Below the pieces are notes generated by a model. It worked only from the letters and a program-made list of their open reading frames with translations, had not been told where the DNA came from and did not search any database. Shown here piece by piece: positions 9,941-17,803 of a stretch of 64,000 bases of DNA (position 1 is the first letter of the stretch; each line of letters opens with the position of its first letter). The DNA is taken from IMG/VR virus record IMGVR_UViG_3300015360_000025; one strand, 5' to 3'. The DNA comes from a virus. The position numbers and the translations under genes are program-made.

Positions 9941-10219
9941 GTGACATTTTTCAAAAAATTTTTTGGTACGCTTGTAGAATCGAATCCAGATTACGTCGAG
10001 CAGGAAGTAGAAAAGATCAGCAGGGAGCGTGATGAAGCGCTCGACGAATTGCAGTTGATTAGAGATGAGTACGAGATACTCAAACGTGAGCTTCTTCGTA
10101 TGATTGAAGCCCAGGAAGGATTGAACGTCGCTACGGCAAAACTTATTGAGGAGAACCATGCCCTCAAAGCTATGGCGCGCATTAACGCTTCTTTCTACAA
10201 TGGTGGGATGATGCAATGA
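9941..10219 (+). CDS. Coiled-coil hypothetical protein
   Basis: Heptad-rich E/L pattern. Confidence 0.65.
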   Translation: MTFFKKFFGTLVESNPDYVEQEVEKISRERDEALDELQLIRDEYEILKRELLRMIEAQEGLNVATAKLIEENHALKAMARINASFYNGGMMQ

Positions 10220-10458
10220 GTGGTGCCGATCAGTGGTTGATGAATTTTCATGAGCTGACCCGGATACGGGCTGAACATTTGGCCCGGGCTGAGATGGACA
10301 AGGGTGAGCTCGAGGCGGCCATGATGTTGCTTGGATCCAAGACCCTCACCATGTTTCCCGGGGACATCCCGGAAGGGGCCGAAATCCCGGACGTGATTAT
10401 CAGACTCCTGGAAGAACTACACGGACGTCGTGAGAAGGAGAAAGTCAATGTTCTGTAA
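10216..10458 (+). CDS. Hypothetical protein
   Basis: ATGA-coupled 80-aa ORF. Confidence 0.6.
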   Translation: MSGADQWLMNFHELTRIRAEHLARAEMDKGELEAAMMLLGSKTLTMFPGDIPEGAEIPDVIIRLLEELHGRREKEKVNVL

Positions 10459-10927
10459 AGATTGTAAAGAAGATGCCGCCGCCTCGTTGCTCGAACAGAA
10501 GCTTAGTCTCTGTCTTCCGTGTATCGAGATCAGAGCTGTGAAGTACGAGGAACTCAAGGAAGAGAATGCCACGACGTGCGAGTCGAATGAGAACCTTAAG
10601 CAGGCCCTGAATGACTCGGAAGCGAAAGTGGATAAAATCGGGCACATGATGCACGCGGAACTCGCGGGGCAGAGCTCGGCGCAAAGCGGATTGGGAGAAG
10701 ATCAGAATCCATTCTTGGCCGAAGACCAGAGACACATCATGTGGTTATCCGGTTGGACCGCTGTCGACACGAGACGGAAGGCGCTGCAGGCTCATGCTGT
10801 CATGACATGGGCCGGTGGGGTACTCACGGCAGTCAACGAATTGGCGAAGGGCTATGGCCAGGAGGAGATCGCGTCGAAGTTGGATGTCGTCATCTCAAAA
10901 TTTGGACAGTTCGTACAAACGGAGTGA
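10430..10927 (+). CDS. Zn-finger / coiled-coil protein with RMF-like motif
   Basis: CxxC...CxxC; AG...G...NPF...QR..WLSGW resembles the ribosome modulation factor core. Confidence 0.6.
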   Translation: MRRRKSMFCKDCKEDAAASLLEQKLSLCLPCIEIRAVKYEELKEENATTCESNENLKQALNDSEAKVDKIGHMMHAELAGQSSAQSGLGEDQNPFLAEDQRHIMWLSGWTAVDTRRKALQAHAVMTWAGGVLTAVNELAKGYGQEEIASKLDVVISKFGQFVQTE

Positions 10928-10930
10928 CGT

Positions 10931-11614
10931 GTGGATCTAGGCGAATGGATCGAACACATCTTCGAGAAGGTCGTCGAACACTTCTCGTCCCCTCCCCCGC
11001 CAGAGCCAATTGTAGTCGCTCCTCCACCTGTGCCACCGGTAGTCGAGGAGAAGCCCATGCCAGTACCAGAGATTCCGAAACCAACGGGGCTGTCTGACGA
11101 GCAGTTGAAGAAGATCATGCCGCTGCTGTCTGTCGCTAAGCGCACCTTGTACCTGCCGCTTCTCAATGCGGCCATGGAAGAGTTCCTTATCGACTCCCCA
11201 CTCAGGATCGCAGCCTTCGTCGCTCAGTTATCCCACGAGAGTGCACAGCTTCGGTACTTCGAAGAGATCGCATCTGGTGCAGCTTACGAGGGACGCAAGG
11301 ATTTAGGTAACGTCTTTCCTGGAGATGGAAAACTTTACAAGGGTCGTGGACCGATCCAGCTCACAGGTCGTTCGAACTATCGAGACGCGGGTAAAGATCT
11401 TGGTTTGGAGTTGGAAGCAAATCCTATCCTTGCGGCCGCACCAGAAGTAGGATTCCGGACGGCTGGTTGGTTCTGGAAACGAAAAGCTTTGAATGCTCTT
11501 GCTGATGCCGGAGAATTCAAGGCCATCACCAAAAAGGTGAACGGTGGCTACAACGGACTTGAAGATCGCATTAAGTATTATACTGTTGCCAAGGGCGTGC
11601 TGGGGATCACATGA
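10931..11614 (+). CDS. Glycoside hydrolase family 19 endolysin
   Basis: AAFVAQLSHES, EEIASG.AYEGR, YKGRGPIQLTGRSNY, INGG-like VNGGYNGL motifs; Pro-rich N-terminus. Confidence 0.92.
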   Translation: MDLGEWIEHIFEKVVEHFSSPPPPEPIVVAPPPVPPVVEEKPMPVPEIPKPTGLSDEQLKKIMPLLSVAKRTLYLPLLNAAMEEFLIDSPLRIAAFVAQLSHESAQLRYFEEIASGAAYEGRKDLGNVFPGDGKLYKGRGPIQLTGRSNYRDAGKDLGLELEANPILAAAPEVGFRTAGWFWKRKALNALADAGEFKAITKKVNGGYNGLEDRIKYYTVAKGVLGIT

Positions 11615-12123
11615 CTGCGCGTAAGATAGTCCGTTATCCACACAGGTTCCTCACATGGCCAACATACGCTTGGGACTTCAATCACGAGGGTCCTTCAAGC
11701 GAAATTCACGAGATGCGTGCAATCCTCGTAGAATCTCTCAACAACGTCGCGAATGGTCTGGCGCTTGCCGGCAATCAGGTGGGGATTATGCATCGCATGT
11801 TCCTCATCAAGCCATCGTTGGCTGAAGAATATTGCATCCCGGACCTGATCGTCAACCCTGTCCTCCGGCAATTCGATGAAGGTTTGACGACAGAGCAGGA
11901 AGGTTGTCTTTCTTTCCCCGGGATCTTCTTAGATATTCCACGCTGGGGAGCTATTGTGGCAGAATTCAAAGACATCGATGGACACGACCACAAAGTTATA
12001 CTTGAAGACATTGGAGCCCGTTGTTTTCAACACGAAGTGGAGCACTTAGATGGCAAAGTGTTCATCGATAAGATCGATCGCATCAAACGTTTCCAGATCA
12101 TTGGTAAGATGAGAAAAGGATAA
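11611..12123 (+). CDS. def: Peptide deformylase
   Basis: GLALAGNQVG, EGCLS, HEVEH motifs all intact. Confidence 0.95.
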   Translation: MTARKIVRYPHRFLTWPTYAWDFNHEGPSSEIHEMRAILVESLNNVANGLALAGNQVGIMHRMFLIKPSLAEEYCIPDLIVNPVLRQFDEGLTTEQEGCLSFPGIFLDIPRWGAIVAEFKDIDGHDHKVILEDIGARCFQHEVEHLDGKVFIDKIDRIKRFQIIGKMRKG

Positions 12124-12155
12124 AATGATTGACGCTGCCAAAATAAGGTGTATCC

Positions 12156-12668
12156 ATGAATCAGTTGTTTCGCATCATGACGAACAATGGATGGAGAGTT
12201 TTCCCGTCAACTATCGTCACACCGTACCTGCTGCAGATCCAAGCTGGAGACCAACCACACGAAGTGGCTGACAGCGCTCTGGTCGACATGCCTGGGATGA
12301 TTATGGCCGATCGTACTTACCAGATGATCGAGCTCGAAGGGCTCGACCTGGAGATACCGACGACTGACTTCTCCATCATGTACGAACAGCTTAAGCATGC
12401 AGGTGAAGAATTTCTTCCAGGTGGCTCTTCTGTCTTCAAGTTGAGAGGGTGGTTGTGTGGTCTGGTACTCACACTCGAGCTGCGCAATGTCCTCCTGCAG
12501 AAGATGTCCGAGGTTCTTCCGGCAGTGAAGCTTATCTCTCAGAAAGAAAACGATGAATTCGTCCGACGTCTCGACATCGTCAACAAGAATTCTCCGGTGA
12601 AGGTCATCTCGTCCAGGGCCTTGATGGTCAAACAGAAGAAAGACGGAGACAAAGAGAAACCCAATTGA
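12156..12668 (+). CDS. Hypothetical protein
   Basis: 170-aa ORF; TTGACG-like -35 about 27 nt upstream. Confidence 0.7.
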   Translation: MNQLFRIMTNNGWRVFPSTIVTPYLLQIQAGDQPHEVADSALVDMPGMIMADRTYQMIELEGLDLEIPTTDFSIMYEQLKHAGEEFLPGGSSVFKLRGWLCGLVLTLELRNVLLQKMSEVLPAVKLISQKENDEFVRRLDIVNKNSPVKVISSRALMVKQKKDGDKEKPN

Positions 12669-12692
12669 TCTACTATGGCTACTTAGTAGAGG

Positions 12693-12980
12693 ATGTCTAA
12701 GACAAAGAACTCAAAATCTACGTCCATTGGATCAAATGAAATTACCACGACGGAGATGGTCAGGATCTACAAACGGATCCACAAGATACTATCTCAGCGA
12801 GTACGAGAGTCTAAGAAGGAAAAAGGAAGAGACAGAAAGCTCCTCAAGAAGTACGTTGATTCCACGAAGGACTTGTACGCCTACGTAAGGATTATGGACG
12901 TCTGCAAGAGTCTATCGAGAGACGTCAACGATCTTAAAGAAGTATTGGATACGCTCGTCAACAAGGGGAAACCGAATTGA
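12693..12980 (+). CDS. Basic hypothetical protein
   Basis: 95-aa ORF with GAGG SD. Confidence 0.65.
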   Translation: MSKTKNSKSTSIGSNEITTTEMVRIYKRIHKILSQRVRESKKEKGRDRKLLKKYVDSTKDLYAYVRIMDVCKSLSRDVNDLKEVLDTLVNKGKPN

Positions 12981-13446
12981 AGAAGGAGCTCAGGGTAGCG
13001 ATCGTCGGAAGCCGTAGGCGTGCAAGCCTACGAGACCGGAAAAATCGTCTTCGACCTGGTAGAGCAACTCGTCGCTTCCAACCCTGATCGTGATGTTGTG
13101 CTTGTCTCGGGTGCCTGCCGCCTAGGAGCCGACAATTTCGCAGCGGAAGCGTCCAAGCTCTACAATATCACGATCAAGGAATTCCCGGTGCCGCCTGGTG
13201 AGTACACCCAGCGTTGGCAGTACTCACCAGGCGGCGTTCGCCAGGAACAAGCTCGTGGCAGAAGACGCAGACGTTGGATTCGCTCTCGTGGCATCAGACA
13301 GGAAGGGAGGGACAGAGGATACTGTCCACCACTTCCACGACCTCAAGAAGAGAATCTTTCTGGTCGATGGCATGGGACGAACCTACCTATCCTTAATGGA
13401 GGAGAGGAACGTTTGTGACGTCACGAAGGACCCCGACAAGACTTGA
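12977..13446 (+). pseudogene. SLOG-family (DUF2493/YspA-like) protein with two frameshifts
   Basis: VAIVGSR, VSGAC..GAD and FARNKLVAE..D...GGT segments lie in three successive frames; shifts near 13040-13044 (A5 run) and 13224. Confidence 0.75.
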
Positions 13447-13777
13447 GTTACACCGTCTAAAGTATCACTGGACGGGGAAGAAGTCTGCGCTCCTTACGTA
13501 CGTTCAATTGGATATAGAAGAACGGCGACAGATTTCCGAGGTCGTCTTCAACTCCATATATCTAGACAATGGCGATCCATATTCAACCTACGCTCGAGTG
13601 TTTTCAGAGTGGGGTGTGGCATGTCCCCATCCACAACATAAGCGGTATTATTCCGGTGACACCAGCTCAGTCGTGGCACTTCGAGATCACCGTTGGTATT
13701 GGTGTGACTGTTGCGGTTGCAGCTGCATGAACGAGGATTTTGACCCTCGCGTACCTCTAAAAAAGATAGCCAGGTGA
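13415..13777 (+). CDS. Hypothetical Cys-rich protein
   Basis: CPHP and CDCCGCSC motifs. Confidence 0.6.
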   Translation: MTSRRTPTRLELHRLKYHWTGKKSALLTYVQLDIEERRQISEVVFNSIYLDNGDPYSTYARVFSEWGVACPHPQHKRYYSGDTSSVVALRDHRWYWCDCCGCSCMNEDFDPRVPLKKIAR

Positions 13778-13780
13778 CGC

Positions 13781-14179
13781 ATGGCGTACAGTAAGAAGGT
13801 CCTAGAACACTACGAGAATCCGAAGAATGTCGGTAGTCTAGACAAAGAGGATCATAGTGTCGGGACCGGGCTTGTCGGTGCTCCAGCCTGTGGCGACGTG
13901 ATGCGGCTTCAGCTAAGGATCTCTGAGGATGGGATCATAGAAGACGCGCGCTTCAAGACATTCGGCTGTGGATCGGCCATCGCCGCCTCTTCCCTGGTGA
14001 CAGAGTGGGTGAAGGGGAAGAGCATCGAACAAGCCCAGGAGATCACTAATATTTCTATCGCCAGAGAGCTCTCCCTTCCTCCGGTGAAGATCCATTGCTC
14101 TGTATTGGCCGAGGATGCGATCAAGGCTGCGATCGCCGATTTCAAGAAGAAGATGTCCTCTAGGGTTCCTGCAACCTAG
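13781..14179 (+). CDS. iscU: Fe-S cluster scaffold IscU
   Basis: YENPKNVG, APACGD, KTFGCGSAIASS-like, LPPVKIHCS. Confidence 0.97.
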   Translation: MAYSKKVLEHYENPKNVGSLDKEDHSVGTGLVGAPACGDVMRLQLRISEDGIIEDARFKTFGCGSAIAASSLVTEWVKGKSIEQAQEITNISIARELSLPPVKIHCSVLAEDAIKAAIADFKKKMSSRVPAT

Positions 14180-14314
14180 TTAGAAGAAAGGAGCCTTTGA
14201 TTCTTCAGGTTCTCTCAGCATCACCTGAACTTTTCCTGTACTTCGGAAAAGTCTCGTGATAAGATTTGAGCACAATCGCAGTAGAGCAGCTATATAACTT
14301 CAGGAGATACGGAA

Positions 14315-14441
14315 CGTGTTAACCTCATGCCGAAAATATCTCGTGGGAAGCTCCCGTCAAGATCGGAACGCCAGCATTATGCTCGCCTCCAATCCGGAAG
14401 GTTCGAAGCTCCCCGAGCAGCATGAGGGGTTTACCAACACG
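14315..14441 (+). ncRNA. Rod-like structured RNA (6S-like candidate)
   Basis: Nested pairings cgtgtt/aacacg, cctcatgc/gcatgagg, ctcg/cgag, agct/agct, gga/tcc, agca/tgct; non-coding. Confidence 0.5.
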
Positions 14442-14499
14442 ACCTATCTCTGGTAAGCCCCTTCCAAATACAATAGAGACAGGTCGAAATGATGATCCT

Positions 14500-14571
14500 T
14501 GGGGGATCGTCTAACGGTGAAGACCGCGGCCTTTGACTCCGTGTATGTGGGTTCGACTCCTACTCCCCCAG
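14500..14571 (+). tRNA. tRNA-Gln(TTG)
   Basis: TGGGGGA/TCCCCCA acceptor; loop CT-TTG-AC; TTCGA. Confidence 0.9.
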
Positions 14572-14591
14572 CTTGATAAGGAAGTGATACC

Positions 14592-15074
14592 ATGTTAGAG
14601 AAGACTTGGAAGACGATGGAAGGTGCTCCGATCGTTGATCTGGTCGGTACTCTACGCCATATACTAGCCGAGGGTGACCGTGAGGTCCACATCGGTTCCG
14701 ACTCGCAGCAAGCCGGGAAGTTCACGGAGCTGGTGACGGTGATCGTCGTGTTGCACAAGGGGAAGGGTGGACGGGCTTTTTACATCCGGGAGAAGTTGAC
14801 TCGGATCAAGTCGTTGAGGGAGCGACTGATGAGAGAGGTTTGGATGAGTGTCAACGTCGGACTTGAGCTCAACTCTCATGTCCCTGAGACAGTCGGGTTG
14901 ACTGTACACATCGACGCGAACCCAAACCTGAAGTTCAAGTCGTCCAGCCACGTGAAGGAGCTGACCGCGATGGTCGCCAGCCAGGGATTCAGGACGTTGC
15001 TGAAACCTGACAGTTGGTGCGCGTCCCACGCGGCCGACCACGTGGTGAAGCACAAGATCATAGGAGCAATGTAA
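14592..15074 (+). CDS. YkuK/DUF458-like RNase H-fold protein
   Basis: HIGSDSQ, RLMREVWMS, HIDAN, KPDSWCASHAADH. Confidence 0.8.
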   Translation: MLEKTWKTMEGAPIVDLVGTLRHILAEGDREVHIGSDSQQAGKFTELVTVIVVLHKGKGGRAFYIREKLTRIKSLRERLMREVWMSVNVGLELNSHVPETVGLTVHIDANPNLKFKSSSHVKELTAMVASQGFRTLLKPDSWCASHAADHVVKHKIIGAM

Positions 15075-15079
15075 GAGAA

Positions 15080-15441
15080 ATGTTGAAAGACTCTAGCGTA
15101 GAAAATAGAAGACGTTATGCTAGAGAATACAGAAACAAAAACATTGAAAAAGCCCGTAGTTCTCTTCTTGAACAGAAAATAAAATACGAAATGAAATCCG
15201 TAAGTTCAAAGAAGAAAAAGGTTGTCAGGATTGTAGAATAAAATACAGGTATCGGGTTCTCGATTTTGATCATCGATCAGGAGAAGTAAAAGATAAAGGA
15301 ATTTCAAGATTAATGATTTCTCTTGACAGAGAAAAAATTTTTACAGAGATAGCAAAATGTGACGTGGTTTGTTCTAATTGTCATCGAGAACGTACGCAGA
15401 GAAGAATTCTGGAAGAGTCCGCTGATTTGGTCGGCAAGTAG
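15080..15441 (+). pseudogene. HNH endonuclease, -1 frameshift near 15172-15190
   Basis: GCQDC...VLDFDH...CDVVCSNCHR in a frame with no start; the ATG-bearing N-terminus is in another frame. Confidence 0.8.
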
Positions 15442-15495
15442 TTTTGAAAGCTACTGGGGTGAGAAATCACAGGGGTTCGAATCCTCACTCTTCCG
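15411..15495 (+). tRNA. tRNA-Ser(TGA)
   Basis: GGAAGAG/CTCTTCC, G73, long variable arm, TT-TGA-AA. Confidence 0.85.
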
Positions 15496-15507
15496 CTGTA
15501 GTGACAT

Positions 15508-15591
15508 GGATTGTGAGGCGTGATGGTCGCGCAGCCGCTTGGAAAGCGGTTTGGTCCTTCGGGGCTAAAGGTTCGATTCCTTCACTCTCCG
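15508..15591 (+). tRNA. tRNA-Ser(GGA)
   Basis: gccgc-TT-GGA-AA-gcggt, long variable arm, G73; two acceptor mismatches. Confidence 0.8.
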
Positions 15592-15592
15592 C

Positions 15593-15674
15593 AGATGGTT
15601 TCGCTGATGGCAGCAAACCGGTTTCGAACGCCGGGACATTGGAAACGATGGGGGTTCGATTCCTCAACCATCTG
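15593..15674 (+). tRNA. tRNA-Ser(CGA)
   Basis: AGATGGT/ACCATCT; ccggt-TT-CGA-AC-gccgg; long variable arm. Confidence 0.8.
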
Positions 15675-15709
15675 TAGAAAAGTAGTCGACGAGCATACAT
15701 AGAATTCAC

Positions 15710-15778
15710 GGGCTGGGCACTGGGGTGCAGGGATGCTTTGCAAGCAACCCGCGATGAGTTCGATTCTCATTCGGTCCA
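15710..15778 (+). tRNA. tRNA-Ala(TGC), atypical D-arm
   Basis: G3.U70, A73, tgc-TT-TGC-AA-gca. Confidence 0.75.
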
Positions 15779-15833
15779 CAGTATCTTTGACAATTGAATA
15801 GCTGACGGGGGAATCATCAATTCCCCTTTGTAT

Positions 15834-15908
15834 GGCGGCCAGGGTGTAACTGGTAAGCACATGGGGCTGTGAACCCCAGGGAACGAGTTCGATTCTCGTT
15901 GGCCGCCC
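15834..15908 (+). tRNA. tRNA-His(GTG)
   Basis: Encoded G-1:C73 eight-bp acceptor; CT-GTG-AA. Confidence 0.9.
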
Positions 15909-15909
15909 A

Positions 15910-16080
15910 GAAGTCTGTACGACTTCATAGAGAGCGCGGAGACATGGGTTCAAATCCCATACTCACCTTCGTAAGATGGTGGGTTCGTCTAGAGGTCCAG
16001 GATACCGTGCGTTTTATTCAGCCGGAGTCACGGGTTCGATTCCCGTAATGAGAAAGTACGTTGGCCGAGACCCATCACAC
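15910..16080 (+). ncRNA. Circularly permuted tRNA-like RNA (YrlA-type Y RNA candidate)
   Basis: T-arm and 3' acceptor strand precede the 5' acceptor strand and D-arm; closing stem cgcgg/ccgtg. Confidence 0.65.
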
Positions 16081-16169
16081 GACATGTCGCGACATGAAAC
16101 GATGATGATACGCCCGCCGAGATCGAGTATCATGTAGAGGTAGTGGCAACCTCACCGGCATTTTTGTTT

Positions 16170-16243
16170 GGGTTTATAGCTCAATTGCGTAGAGCCACGG
16201 CCTTTTAAGCCGCCCGATCTCGGTTCGAGTCCGAGTGGACCCA
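16170..16243 (+). tRNA. tRNA-Lys(TTT)
   Basis: Cloverleaf, CT-TTT-AA. Confidence 0.9.
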
Positions 16244-16256
16244 CTGTAGTATCCAT

Positions 16257-16340
16257 GGATGGGATGGTCGAGTGGACGGCCAGCCGCCTGTAAAGCGGCC
16301 GCCCTGCGGGGCATGGTGGGTTCGAACCCCACCCCATCCA
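16257..16340 (+). tRNA. tRNA-Tyr(GTA)
   Basis: GGATGGG/CCCATCC, long variable arm, CT-GTA-AA. Confidence 0.9.
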
Positions 16341-16350
16341 CTTGTACTAT

Positions 16351-16423
16351 CCACGTATAGCCCAACGGTAGAGGCACGGCACTTAAAACGCTTTCAGTGT
16401 GGGTTCGAGTCCCACTACGTGGA
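16351..16423 (+). tRNA. tRNA-Leu(TAA), short variable region
   Basis: CCACGTA/TACGTGG; CT-TAA-AA; weak anticodon stem. Confidence 0.7.
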
Positions 16424-16428
16424 CACAT

Positions 16429-16502
16429 ACCGCGGTAGCCCAATGGTAGGAGGCACCAGCTTTAAACACTGTTCAGTGAGGGTTCGAGTCCCTCTCGCGG
16501 TA
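16429..16502 (+). tRNA. tRNA-Leu(TAA), short variable region
   Basis: ACCGCGG/TCGCGGT; TT-TAA-AC. Confidence 0.7.
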
Positions 16503-16515
16503 CAGAAAATTTCAT

Positions 16516-16586
16516 ACGCCCTTCGTCTAGTGGTAGGGCCCACGGCCGATTACCGTGAGATTGGGGTTCGATTCCCCCAGGGCGTA
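16516..16586 (+). tRNA. tRNA-Ile(GAT)-like, atypical anticodon loop
   Basis: CACGG/CCGTG stem around CC-GAT-TA (C33, U37). Confidence 0.65.
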
Positions 16587-16737
16587 CTGGGGAGTGAAGG
16601 CTGAGAGTGTTCGATGCGACCTTCGGGACAAAGCGACCTATTCGCCTTCCTCCTCAACCAGCGAAGCTGGGCGGTGACTATGCTTCCAGGACATGAGGGC
16701 CTGGCGCATCCTGGTGAAGACCTAGGTCACCTGTTTT

Positions 16738-16808
16738 ACGGATTTCGTCCAATGGTAGGACGGCAGCCTCCAAAACTGCCTATGAAGGTTCGATTCCTTC
16801 AGTCCGTG
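16738..16808 (+). tRNA. tRNA-Trp(CCA)
   Basis: Cloverleaf, CT-CCA-AA, G73. Confidence 0.9.
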
Positions 16809-16865
16809 CTCTTGCAAGACTCACGTGAGCTCTGGGCCGGTGTATGCCGGGAATCTCACAACCAT

Positions 16866-16937
16866 GGTCTTTTAGCTCAGCGGAAGAGCAGCCCTCTTAC
16901 ACGGGGAAGGTCGGGGGTTCAATCCCCTCAAGGACTA
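16866..16937 (+). tRNA. tRNA-Val(TAC)
   Basis: Cloverleaf, CT-TAC-AC. Confidence 0.9.
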
Positions 16938-16954
16938 CTGTAGCAGAAGCAAAA

Positions 16955-17027
16955 CGGGAAATGTTGAAGTCTGGTATCATCCGCGCGTCGGAAGCGCGTG
17001 TCCCCGGTTCAAATCCGGGTTTCCCGA
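16955..17027 (+). tRNA. tRNA-Pro(CGG)
   Basis: CGGGAAA/TTTCCCG; CGCGC-GT-CGG-AA-GCGCG. Confidence 0.8.
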
Positions 17028-17032
17028 CTTAT

Positions 17033-17104
17033 CTAGATGTAGCTCAGAGGCAGAGTACTCGGCTTGGAACCGAGGGGCCGGGATTTCGAAATTCCCCATC
17101 TAGA
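17033..17104 (+). tRNA. tRNA-Pro(TGG)
   Basis: CTAGATG/CATCTAG; CT-TGG-AA. Confidence 0.9.
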
Positions 17105-17220
17105 CTTTAAGCATGCTCATGACATGCTAAAACGGGTAGCGACCCCTCGTTAGTTGATCGCTTCTGGCCAGATGATTGTCTGGACACGTGGTCCACTCGT
17201 GAAATTATGGGGATGTCTTG

Positions 17221-17290
17221 CGGCCATGGTATAGTGGTAACACACGAACTTGCCAAGTTCGAGCGATGGGTTCGATTCCCATTGGCCGCT
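17221..17290 (+). tRNA. tRNA-Gly(GCC)
   Basis: GCGGCCA/TGGCCGC, U73, TT-GCC-AA. Confidence 0.9.
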
Positions 17291-17291
17291 C

Positions 17292-17368
17292 TGCGGGAGG
17301 GAGGTATAGATCTGAGTCAGTCTCATAAGCTGAAACGCAAGAGGTGCAAGTCCTCATTACCGCATCCA
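17292..17368 (+). tRNA. Atypical tRNA with CAT anticodon, copy 1
   Basis: tcagt-CT-CAT-AA-gctga; mini D-loop; T-loop TGCAAGT; encoded CCA. Confidence 0.7.
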
Positions 17369-17475
17369 TAGAAGAGCAAACCATATGTCTCGGTGTGATG
17401 ACTGAGACTCCCGGCGAACTCTTCGAAGCGCCGTAGTACAACTCAGGACATCACTCCCAGGGTTGCGGCGCGACT

Positions 17476-17548
17476 GCTCTTATAGTGAAACTGGATATCA
17501 TGTGCCCCTCCGAAGGGTGCGATGCAAGTTCGAATCTTGCTAAGAGCG
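17476..17548 (+). tRNA. tRNA-Arg(CCG)
   Basis: GCTCTTA/TAAGAGC; CT-CCG-AA. Confidence 0.85.
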
Positions 17549-17640
17549 CTGAGGGAACGGAATGGAGAACCCGCGTTGCACCGATGTGTGCATTCCCGTA
17601 GCTTCTTTTACTACGTCAACCCTCTTTTTGTTTTGTATAA

Positions 17641-17713
17641 GCTCTTGAAGTTCAATTGGAAGAACACCCGGCTTCGAACCGGGAGAATGAGGGTTCGAGT
17701 CCCTCCGAGAGTA
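17641..17713 (+). tRNA. tRNA-Arg(TCG)
   Basis: CCCGG-CT-TCG-AA-CCGGG. Confidence 0.88.
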
Positions 17714-17727
17714 CTGTAATTTTGTTT

Positions 17728-17802
17728 GTCCTTGTAGCTCAGTTGGATTAGAGCATTGCCCTGCGAAGGCAAAGGTCGTGAGTTCGAGTCTCACCATGGA
17801 CA
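17728..17802 (+). tRNA. tRNA-Arg(GCG)
   Basis: TTGCC-CT-GCG-AA-GGCAA; canonical D/T arms. Confidence 0.9.
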
Positions 17803-17803
17803 T

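Noticed and set aside
15910-16080. Two-piece (permuted) tmRNA
   Set aside because: No G3.U70, a true D-stem is present, no tag ORF, and a one-piece tmRNA exists at 19942
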